Positions 56,123 through 64,000 of a stretch of DNA of 64,000 nucleotides are shown in pieces. A program made the position numbers and the translations under genes. Under the pieces are notes generated by a model. The model did no database searches. It saw only the letters and a list, made by a program, of their open reading frames with translations, and was not told the origin of the DNA. Each line of letters opens with the position of its first letter. The stretch's first letter is position 1. The DNA comes from Candidatus Latescibacterota bacterium (GTDB taxonomy: Bacteria; Latescibacterota; UBA2968; UBA8231). The stretch is from assembly GCA_965217585.1 (NCBI GenBank), contig OZ244561.1, positions 224,001 through 288,000 on the forward strand, given 5' to 3'.

Positions 56123-56395
56123 ACCTTTAGCGGATGGACTAAGTCATTTATATAAAGGGTGTTAGGAGAATTGATGCGGAAGGATGGGGGATTTCCGAAA
56201 TGATTCAGAATGAAACAATTCGAAAGGCGCAGAATGAAAAGGAGAGGCGGCTAACTATCTGAAATCGCGTTATTTATGGCGTGGGTTGCGGAATTTGCAG
56301 TGGCAACTGTTTCATATCGCAACAGTTGCAACAGTCAATTCGGAACTACGAGGTATTGGCCTAGAGGTTGGCTTGGTCGTTGCCCGGTCGGTTAT

Positions 56396-58315
56396 TCACT
56401 TCTCCGCCAACAGGTTGTATTTTCTCAACTTCCGGTACAAGGTTACGCGATTAATATTCAGCACTTGAGCTGCCTTGGAGATATTCCAATCCGAGGCTTC
56501 AAGGGCGTGGACAACGGCTTGCCGCTCAGCTTCCTGCAGCGAAAGGGGGGATTGAGCAGGATCTTCGGGGTCTGTTGGAGATGGAACCACGGCGGAGAGT
56601 TGGGGAGGGAGGTTGCTGACTTGCAGTCTGTCCGTGGTCTCCAGCAACAGGGCGCGTTCAATGGCATTTCTGAACTCGCGCACGTTGCCTGGCCAGTCAT
56701 ACGCGAGCAATGTTTGCAGCGCCGCCGGGGAAATCCCGCGCATGGTTTCGTTGGTGCGTTCGGCATAACCTTGCAGAAAATGGGCCACCAACAGGGGAAT
56801 ATCCTCGCGGTGTTCTCTGAGGGGTGGGATGATGAGGGGAAAAGCGGCTAGGCGATAGAACAGGTCCGCGCGGAACCCACCGTCTTTTACCGCGCTTTCC
56901 AGGTCCTGGTTGGTCGCCGCAATCACGCGGATGTCAATGGGAATCGTCGATGTTCCACCCACTCGCTGGATTTCTCGCTCTTCTAGGACGCGCAACAACT
57001 TGGCTTGCAGCGCGATGGGCATGTCGCCGATTTCGTCGAGCAAAACAGTGCCGCCCTCGGCGCGCTCGAACTGCCCAATGCGCCGCATGGACGCCCCCGT
57101 AAAAGCTCCGCGTTCGTGTCCGAAAAGCTCGCTTTCGATCAGCGTCTCGGGAATAGCAGCGCAATTGACGGCGACAAAGGGGCCTGCCTTTCTCGCGCTG
57201 TTATAGTGAATCAACTTGGCGACTAGCTCTTTACCGGTGCCGCTTTCGCCTTGAATCAGCACCGTAATATCGCTTTCAGCCGCCCGCTGCATCAGCGCAT
57301 AGACCTCCTGCATGTTTTTGCTTTTTCCCACCATGCCGTCAAAGGCGTACGTCGTTCCGAGTTCGGCGCGCAAGCGCAAGACCTCGGCTTTCATCTGCTC
57401 GCTCTCAACCTCCTTGGACACGTTCCGGTACATGACAATATGGCCCATGAGGTTTTGTTGACTGTTGCGTACGGGCGCTGTCGAGCGATAAAAGAGCCTG
57501 GGGTCTGAGACGCCGGCTGCGATTACTTCTTCCTCCAAGTCGCCCGTGCGGTCCGAAAACAGCCCGCGCCCCCATTCAGGCAGAACGGGAGGCCGAAGGC
57601 GTGCCCTGATGCGTTCCCTGAGATCACTTGGCGGCATTTGCTTCAACTCGCCTTCCGTGGAGTCAAGGAGCTTCTCATACCCCTGATTCGCCACCTGCAG
57701 GCGTCCCTCGGCATCGAACATGCCGATGGCATCTCCTGTCGCGTCAAGCACGGCCTGGAGTCTTTGGTTACTATCTTCAAGTTGCCGATTACTGGCTTCA
57801 AGTTGCCGCTGGTGCTTTGCCAACTCCTGTTCGATGTTCCACTTCCCGACAAGCGAAAGCGTGATCTGCTGAATCTCCTCGCGCGAAAACGGCTTGCGGA
57901 TATAGAGCAATTTGTGCAGCAACTCCATGTCGTTGACAATCTCGGGCAGCGTCTTATCGGAGTATGCGGTCATGATGACGATTTCGATATCCTGCTCGAA
58001 TTGCCGAATCTGGCGCACTGTTTCAATGCCGTCAGGACCCGGGGGCATTCTGATGTCAATGTAGGCCAGCGCAAAGGGATGGTTCGATTCTTGGCCTGCT
58101 TTGACCATTGCGCAGGCTTCCTCCCCACTTGTCGCATGGGAAAGTTCAAACTGCGGCAGAACGGGTTTATCGCCCTGCGAGACAAAAGCTGCCGCCAGCT
58201 CATCCGTTGCCCTTTTGGTGAGGCCGGGGGTCAACATCTCTGCAAAGTCGTTGTGAATTTCCTCTTGGTCATCAACGATCAGCACGCGGTAGTTCCAAGA
58301 GCTGTTTGATTCCAT
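56396..58315 (-). CDS. Sigma54-dependent response regulator (REC-PAS-AAA+-Fis HTH)
   Basis: VLIVDD...[48 protein letters not shown]. Confidence 0.95.
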   Translation of the reverse strand: MESNSSWNYRVLIVDDQEEIHNDFAEMLTPGLTKRATDELAAAFVSQGDKPVLPQFELSHATSGEEACAMVKAGQESNHPFALAYIDIRMPPGPDGIETVRQIRQFEQDIEIVIMTAYSDKTLPEIVNDMELLHKLLYIRKPFSREEIQQITLSLVGKWNIEQELAKHQRQLEASNRQLEDSNQRLQAVLDATGDAIGMFDAEGRLQVANQGYEKLLDSTEGELKQMPPSDLRERIRARLRPPVLPEWGRGLFSDRTGDLEEEVIAAGVSDPRLFYRSTAPVRNSQQNLMGHIVMYRNVSKEVESEQMKAEVLRLRAELGTTYAFDGMVGKSKNMQEVYALMQRAAESDITVLIQGESGTGKELVAKLIHYNSARKAGPFVAVNCAAIPETLIESELFGHERGAFTGASMRRIGQFERAEGGTVLLDEIGDMPIALQAKLLRVLEEREIQRVGGTSTIPIDIRVIAATNQDLESAVKDGGFRADLFYRLAAFPLIIPPLREHREDIPLLVAHFLQGYAERTNETMRGISPAALQTLLAYDWPGNVREFRNAIERALLLETTDRLQVSNLPPQLSAVVPSPTDPEDPAQSPLSLQEAERQAVVHALEASDWNISKAAQVLNINRVTLYRKLRKYNLLAEK

Positions 58316-58402
58316 GAAGCCGCCTTTATAGTTACTCGATCAGAGGGACGAGTTCGAAATGGATTGGTTGGAGGTTCGCAGCAATAGAACGCGCAGACGC
58401 CG

Positions 58403-59692
58403 TCACGCAGAGGTTTCCACCATGATATCCCCATCGCGATCGGCAGAATTGAGCCGCAGCGTGACGCGCATGGTGGTGCCCGTGCCATAGCCGTCGCTCA
58501 AGGGTTGAATTTTTCCCCCGGAGCCGGTGACAAAATTGGCCGCCGAATGGAGCCCCAGCCCGCTTCCTTCTCGCTTTGTTGTATAACCCGCCCCAAAGAT
58601 CGTTTTGAGGTTTTTCTGATCGATGCCAATGCCGTTGTCCTGCACCTCGAGGACGAGAAAATCCTGTTGGATACAGGCCCTGATCTCAATGCGAGGCGGT
58701 CCCTTGAGCCCGCCGGATCGCTTCAACTCATCAATAGCTTCCATCGCATTCTTGAGCAGATTGACCAACATCTGATTAAACTGGGTCTCCTGAATGCGAA
58801 TCTCTGCGGGCGCGTTGCCGCAGTCCACATGCGTCTGGATGCGTCTGCTGGCAAACGAGTCTTGCATGATTTTCAGGGCGCTGGAGATGGCCTGATTCAA
58901 GTTGACGTCTTTGCTGGTCATGGCTTTGCTGGCAAAGCCCCGTTGCGCGCGGACGATGTCCACGATGTGGTTCGTTTGGCTGTTGACGCGTTCAACTGTA
59001 CGGACCAATTCCCGATTCTGCTCGACGAAGTCGTCTGAAAGAGCCAGCATAAACGGCCGCACCTGTTGGCCTTGCGGGTCGTGCTGGACGTAGTCGCCCC
59101 AATCCTCCGCATGCTCCTCGACGGTCTCTGACAAAGCCGATAAGCGTTCGATCAGCGGATTGTTCCCCAACTCTTCTTTCAGGGTTCCAATGCCGATGGC
59201 CACGCTGGTAATGGCATTGCCGATGTTGTGCAGGATCGTATCCATGACCTCCAGGCGGCCTTGCGCGAAGGCCTGAGCCAAGGCTTCTTCGGCCCGCACT
59301 CGCTCCGTCACATCGCGAAAAACGGTGACCCCGCCGCGAGCGGTGCCAGATAACCTAATGGGCCTGCCGCTGGCGCTGATATAGACGCCCTCCGGCTTGG
59401 CCGCAGTGCGGATGAACATCTCCATCTCATCGGTCACCTCTCCGCGCAGGGCGCGCACCAGCGGCATTTCCTCGGTTGGAATGGGCGTGACTTTATCGGG
59501 GTAGAATATGCTGTATTCTTCCGTCCATCGTTCGGGCACCGCATCTATACGCCCTCCGATAATGCGTTCCGCACTTGGATTAAAGGTGAGGCTACCATGC
59601 TCATCAGCGACTATCACGCCGTCGCTGATGCTGTCAAAAATGGCCTGCATGAGTTGGATCTGATGCTGCAGTTCGTCAACGGTTTTTTTCAC
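58403..59692 (-). CDS. Cytoplasmic PAS sensor histidine kinase
   Basis: PAS (FDSISDGVIVAD), H-box ILHNIGN, NLLKNAMEA, DNGIGI, GSGLGL; no TM segment. Confidence 0.92.
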   Translation of the reverse strand: MKKTVDELQHQIQLMQAIFDSISDGVIVADEHGSLTFNPSAERIIGGRIDAVPERWTEEYSIFYPDKVTPIPTEEMPLVRALRGEVTDEMEMFIRTAAKPEGVYISASGRPIRLSGTARGGVTVFRDVTERVRAEEALAQAFAQGRLEVMDTILHNIGNAITSVAIGIGTLKEELGNNPLIERLSALSETVEEHAEDWGDYVQHDPQGQQVRPFMLALSDDFVEQNRELVRTVERVNSQTNHIVDIVRAQRGFASKAMTSKDVNLNQAISSALKIMQDSFASRRIQTHVDCGNAPAEIRIQETQFNQMLVNLLKNAMEAIDELKRSGGLKGPPRIEIRACIQQDFLVLEVQDNGIGIDQKNLKTIFGAGYTTKREGSGLGLHSAANFVTGSGGKIQPLSDGYGTGTTMRVTLRLNSADRDGDIMVETSA

Positions 59693-59918
59693 TTTGTTCT
59701 CGATCCTCTATGCTCGAAGACATGTTTCCTCGGTGAAGCGCTCGCCGCGGGCAGACCTCGCAGCGCACGAAGACATTCGGCAGGAAATTCTGCCATAAGA
59801 CGTTAGTTGCGCGTCATTTTTTTACGGGCTACTATGATACCAAATTGTCGGGGGATCACAAAGGGGCCTGTCGATCTTTTGCGGCTGGTACCCACAGAGT
59901 AAAACAAGGGATGACGCT

Positions 59919-61817
59919 ATGGCCGATGGCCTTTACGATGTAGTAATAGAACGCGATGTAATGGTGGAGATGCGCGATGGGGTGCGGCTAGCGACCGACC
60001 TGTACTTTCCCGCCCGCGATGGGCAGCCAGTACCCGGCAAGTTCCCCGCGGTCTTTCACCGCACGCCCTACGATAAAAGCGACGTGGAGCGCAACGGCAG
60101 TTACGGCCGGTTTTTCGCCCAGCGTGGGTACGTGGCCGTCTATCAGGACTGCCGAGGGACGTTCCAGTCCGAGGGGGATGTGAACTTCCTTTTGCCCGAG
60201 GCCGAGGACGGGTACGACGCCTTGCAGTGGATCGATCAGCAACCGTGGAGCAACGGCAAGGTCGGGTCATGGGGGACCTCGTGGTCGGGTTGGACGCAGA
60301 CGGCGATGGCGGCGTTGGGGCCGACAAACCTCAAGGCCATGGTGGTCAACATGAGCGGAGCCGACGCGCATGAATCTTCGGTGCGGCACGGGGGGGCGCT
60401 GGAACTGCGGTTTTTGGCGTGGGCGTTTTGGCATTCAGCGGCTAACACGCAGCGCGCACTAAAAGCTGACCCAGCGGTTGATGCGGCCCTGAACTTGGGC
60501 GCGCCGACCTTTGCCGACTGGCTGACGCGGATGCCGCTCCGCAAGGGACAGACCCAGCTCAAATTGGTGCCTCCCTACCAGAAGTGGGCACTAGACCTGC
60601 TGACCAAGGCCGACTACGACGAGTACTGGCAGCACCCTAGTTATGCGCCGGCGCTCTTTTGGAACGACTTCCCGGACGTGCCAACTCTGATCATCGGGGG
60701 CTGGTACGATTCGTACACGCGCTCGACGTGCAAAAACTACAAAGGGTTGGCGGCGCGTAAGCAGGGGCCGGTGCGGATGCTCATGGGGCCGTGGACGCAC
60801 GGGACGCAAACACTGGAGCAGAGCTTTGCCGGCGACGCGGAGTTCGGCGAGGCCTCGGCACTAGACGACTTCCGCGCCCTGCATCTGCGCTACTTCGATT
60901 GGGCGCTCAAGGGAGTCGATAACGGCGAGGCCAACTCACCGCCGGTACGGATCTTTGCCATGGGTGGCGGCGGGGGCTATCGCACCAGCAGCGGCCGGCT
61001 TTTCCACGGCGGGTATTGGCGCGACGAGGCCGAGTGGCCGTTGGCGCGGACGCGATACACCAAGTACTACCTGCACGGCGACGGCACCTTGTCGCCGGAA
61101 GAACCAGCCACAGACGGCGGCGATACAGTCTATCGCTTCGATCCGGCCAATCCAGTGCCCTCCATTGGCGGCAATGTCTCGTCGCTTGCTGAGATCGGCC
61201 CGCTGCCGCCGGGCGTGGGCGCTGCAGCCAATGCGCCGTGGCGGGCGCGGGTGGAGCAATTGATGGTGCCGGGCGGGTTTGATCAGGTGGAGGGACCGGA
61301 GTTTTACGGCTGTGCGCCGCCCTATCTGCCGCTGGGCTCGCGGCCGGATGTGTTGGTATTTGCCACTGAGCCGCTTGCCGAGGACATGGAGGTGACCGGG
61401 CCGATTGAGGTGCAGTTGTGGGTCTCGTCGTCAGCGCCGGATACGGATTTTACCGCCAAGCTGATCGATTGCTATCCACCGAGTCGCTGGTACCCGCATG
61501 GCTACGCACTCAACCTGACCGACAGCATCGCGCGCCTGCGCTACCGCAACGGGCGCGAAAAGGGCGAGTTGCTAGCGCCGGGCGAGGTCGCCGAGCTGAC
61601 GATTACCCTCTATCCGACGAGCAATGTGTTTGCCGCCGGACATCAGATCCGCCTCGACATTTCCAGCTCGAACTTTCCCCGCTTTGATGTCAATCCCAAC
61701 ACGGGTGACCCTATCGGCCAAGAGCGACGACGCCAGGGAGCGGACAACAGAATTTACCACAATGCGGCGCAGGCGGCGCACGTGGTGTTGCCGATTATTC
61801 CAACTAGGAGAAACTGA
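59919..61817 (+). CDS. CocE/NonD family hydrolase (peptidase S15)
   Basis: MRDGVRLATD, RTPY, QDCRG, GTSWSG nucleophile, GWYD, GPWTH, SSSNFPRF. Confidence 0.95.
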   Translation: MADGLYDVVIERDVMVEMRDGVRLATDLYFPARDGQPVPGKFPAVFHRTPYDKSDVERNGSYGRFFAQRGYVAVYQDCRGTFQSEGDVNFLLPEAEDGYDALQWIDQQPWSNGKVGSWGTSWSGWTQTAMAALGPTNLKAMVVNMSGADAHESSVRHGGALELRFLAWAFWHSAANTQRALKADPAVDAALNLGAPTFADWLTRMPLRKGQTQLKLVPPYQKWALDLLTKADYDEYWQHPSYAPALFWNDFPDVPTLIIGGWYDSYTRSTCKNYKGLAARKQGPVRMLMGPWTHGTQTLEQSFAGDAEFGEASALDDFRALHLRYFDWALKGVDNGEANSPPVRIFAMGGGGGYRTSSGRLFHGGYWRDEAEWPLARTRYTKYYLHGDGTLSPEEPATDGGDTVYRFDPANPVPSIGGNVSSLAEIGPLPPGVGAAANAPWRARVEQLMVPGGFDQVEGPEFYGCAPPYLPLGSRPDVLVFATEPLAEDMEVTGPIEVQLWVSSSAPDTDFTAKLIDCYPPSRWYPHGYALNLTDSIARLRYRNGREKGELLAPGEVAELTITLYPTSNVFAAGHQIRLDISSSNFPRFDVNPNTGDPIGQERRRQGADNRIYHNAAQAAHVVLPIIPTRRN

Positions 61818-61819
61818 TA

Positions 61820-62983
61820 ATGGAACAGTTGCAGTTGGCCCTCGTGGGCTGTGGAGGCATGGCCGGGGCACACGTGCGCGGCTTGGAGGAGCTAGCGAAG
61901 GCCGGGATTGACGATATTCAGGTAGTGGCCTGTTGCGATTTGGTGGAATCGCAGGCGCAACAGCGCGCCGGCGAGATCGCCGAGTTTCAAGCGCACAAGC
62001 CGGCCATCTATACCGACGTGGAGCGGATGCTCACGCACGTGGAGGACCTGGACGCGGTGGACATCTGCGCCCTGCACTCGCAACATCACATTCTCGCCGT
62101 GGCCTGCTTGGAGGCGGGCAAGCACGTGATCATCGAAAAGCCGCTGGCGATTACCCTGCGCGCCGGCCGCAAAATACTCAATGCGGCCGTGGATAACCGC
62201 TGTCAGCTCGCCGTAGCGGAAAACTACCGCCGCTCGCCACAGGAGCGGGCCAGATCTTGGGCAGTGGCCAACGGACGGATCGGCCGACCGCGCACCTTCT
62301 ACTGGCAGGAAGCGGGCTTGCGGTTGGGCAAGTGGGGCTGGCGCAACTTCAAGCGCGACGCCGGAGCCGGTTGGATCCTCGACGGGGGCGTGCATTTTGC
62401 CGATTTGTTCCGCTATCACTTGGGGACTGAGGCGCGGCAGGTAGTGGCGCGAGTGCACGGCTTTGAGCCGTATCGCTACGACGAGCCGGTCGAGCGCGAG
62501 GGGGCTTGGCCGGTGGATGTGGAGGACTGCGCTATGGCGCTGATTGACTTCGATGGCGGTGCGGTAGTGCAGTGGACTTGGCAAGGTTCAGCGCCGGGAC
62601 AGGACTTTAGCAAGCGAGTCCTCTACGGCAGCGAGGGCTGCATTGACTGGGAGAGCGGGCTGTGGACGCGCACCGGCGAGAACACGTCTAACGAGGCATT
62701 GGTCGCGGCGTATCAGAGCAGCCTCGCAGAGGACGAGCGCGAGCGGCTGTTCCCTAGCGGAGTGGAAAATCCCATCTCAACCGAACTGAAGGATTTCGCT
62801 GATGCCGTACGGGGACAGGGTACGCCCGAAGTTGATGGCTTAGACGGCTATCGCTCGCAGGCGATCTGCATGGCGATCTTTGAGTCGGAGTGGTTTAACC
62901 GGCCGGTGACCTTGGCCGAGATCGAGCGCGGCGACTTGGAGGGCTATCAGGCCGAGATTGATCAGGCGCTGGGCATTGATTAG
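61820..62983 (+). CDS. Gfo/Idh/MocA family oxidoreductase
   Basis: VGCGGMA, GKHVIIEKPLA, DGGVHFAD. Confidence 0.93.
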   Translation: MEQLQLALVGCGGMAGAHVRGLEELAKAGIDDIQVVACCDLVESQAQQRAGEIAEFQAHKPAIYTDVERMLTHVEDLDAVDICALHSQHHILAVACLEAGKHVIIEKPLAITLRAGRKILNAAVDNRCQLAVAENYRRSPQERARSWAVANGRIGRPRTFYWQEAGLRLGKWGWRNFKRDAGAGWILDGGVHFADLFRYHLGTEARQVVARVHGFEPYRYDEPVEREGAWPVDVEDCAMALIDFDGGAVVQWTWQGSAPGQDFSKRVLYGSEGCIDWESGLWTRTGENTSNEALVAAYQSSLAEDERERLFPSGVENPISTELKDFADAVRGQGTPEVDGLDGYRSQAICMAIFESEWFNRPVTLAEIERGDLEGYQAEIDQALGID

Positions 62984-63180
62984 GCGACGAATTTTTCCTT
63001 AAAATCCGCTGCTGGAGGTGGCGGAGCCTTATCTTTTATTGAAGGCGTCGATAGATTGACGCACTAGGAGATACGACATCCAAGGCAAGAAAGACACCCA
63101 AAGACGCCGAACACGAATTAAAAACACTCTAAAATGTCTTCTTATACCTTCTAAATCTCACAGACGAGGAAGCATTCGCT

Positions 63181-64000
63181 ATGGAACCGAGAAATTACAC
63201 ATTGGCCAATCTGTTTGAAAATCAGGGCATATATGTGGTCCCCCGATACCAACGGCTCTATGTCTGGAATCAAGAAGATCAGTGGGAACCACTGTGGGAG
63301 GATGTAATTGAGATAGCAGGTGATCTGCTCAACGATGCGATCAATCGAAACTCTGAAGAAGTGAACGCTGATGCCAAGGAGTCTCACTTTCTGGGAGCAG
63401 TCGTACTGAAACAGAGCGGCTACACGCCGGATATGGCCCAACGTTGGCGGGTGATTGACGGCCAACAGCGGCTTACAACTGTTCAACTTCTAATGACTGC
63501 CGTCGCCGACGAGTTGGACAAGATTGAACTGTCCGTCCAAGCGGAGCGCTTAAGGAGACTAACGAAAAACTCGTCCAGCGAGCCGCTCAAGATTACTCAT
63601 GGCGGTCAAAATTACAAGCGATTTCGAGACGTGATGGAAGCAAATGGAGAAGAAAGTGTCATTGAGACAATTGAAAGTCCTATGGCGGATTGTTATAAAT
63701 ACTTCCGCAACGTTGCCCACCAGTGGTTCGATGGACAAATTTCACGAATTCTTCTAGCAGCATCTGCACTTATCGCAGTTTTAATCGCAAAACTTCGTGT
63801 CGTTGCAATCTACTTGGATTCACATGAAAAGGAGCACATGATATTCGAGACACTCAATGCACGAGGCGAACCGTTGACAGAGTGGGACAAGATCAAAAAC
63901 TACTTGCTTTACAAGGCTGACGAAGACTCCGGCGTTAATCAAGATTCATTCTTCGACAAGTACTTGGAAATGTTCGATGATGATTGGTGGCGGGAACACA
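63181..64000 (+). CDS. DUF262 domain protein (GmrSD/SspE-like defence protein), partial at window end
   Basis: Not in the ORF track because it has no stop in the window: MEPRNY...VPRYQRLYVW...HFLGAVV...VIDGQQRLTT...IFETLNARG..LT; lower GC. Confidence 0.9.
   Translation, partial: MEPRNYTLANLFENQGIYVVPRYQRLYVWNQEDQWEPLWEDVIEIAGDLLNDAINRNSEEVNADAKESHFLGAVVLKQSGYTPDMAQRWRVIDGQQRLTTVQLLMTAVADELDKIELSVQAERLRRLTKNSSSEPLKITHGGQNYKRFRDVMEANGEESVIETIESPMADCYKYFRNVAHQWFDGQISRILLAASALIAVLIAKLRVVAIYLDSHEKEHMIFETLNARGEPLTEWDKIKNYLLYKADEDSGVNQDSFFDKYLEMFDDDWWREH

Noticed and set aside
59780-59796. Possible sigma54 promoter upstream of the histidine kinase (TGGCAGAATTTCCTGC)
   Set aside because: GG-to-GC spacing is 11 rather than the required 10.

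Overview
GC-rich bacterial chromosomal window. The gene repertoire (DUF6785/OPT-like transporters, FlgD-Ig and WGxxK-tailed proteins, CRTAC1/NHL/TPR proteins, autotransporter-like adhesins) resembles Candidatus Latescibacterota or a related FCB-group lineage, possibly a sponge symbiont; this is inference. Left end: an IS630 element carrying a nested, complete IS1595 (27-bp TIRs, 9-bp target duplication) interrupts a NucS-like nuclease gene. The centrepiece is a ~21-kb minus-strand operon (7158-28079), preceded by a CBM9-like gene with a C-terminal SWGRVK tail (28227-29186). It encodes two paralogous ~980-aa putative outer-membrane proteins with Ca-binding-type Asp repeats, two paralogous lipoproteins, a PorV-like barrel, an FlgD-Ig protein, a 1090-aa TPR protein, ExbB plus two ExbD (one lacking the conserved Asp), a parvulin chaperone and an OPT-like transporter. 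No TonB-dependent receptor or PorKLMN is visible, so it is a candidate undescribed PMF-driven envelope-spanning secretion/transport machine. A divergent CsgG/FlgT-like, DUF4159, HEAT and CRTAC1/TPR cluster follows. Next come housekeeping and metabolic genes (Ldh2, split transketolase, zinc-ribbon protein, rnpB, pyrF, tRNA-Pro, class III aminotransferase, cytochrome c, PQQ dehydrogenase) and a restriction-modification locus apparently broken by a deletion. The right part holds two decayed autotransporter-like genes with duplicated sigma54 promoters beside a sigma54 two-component system, CocE and Gfo/Idh/MocA genes, and a DUF262 gene running off the edge. Family calls come from motif recognition by eye; no database searches were run.
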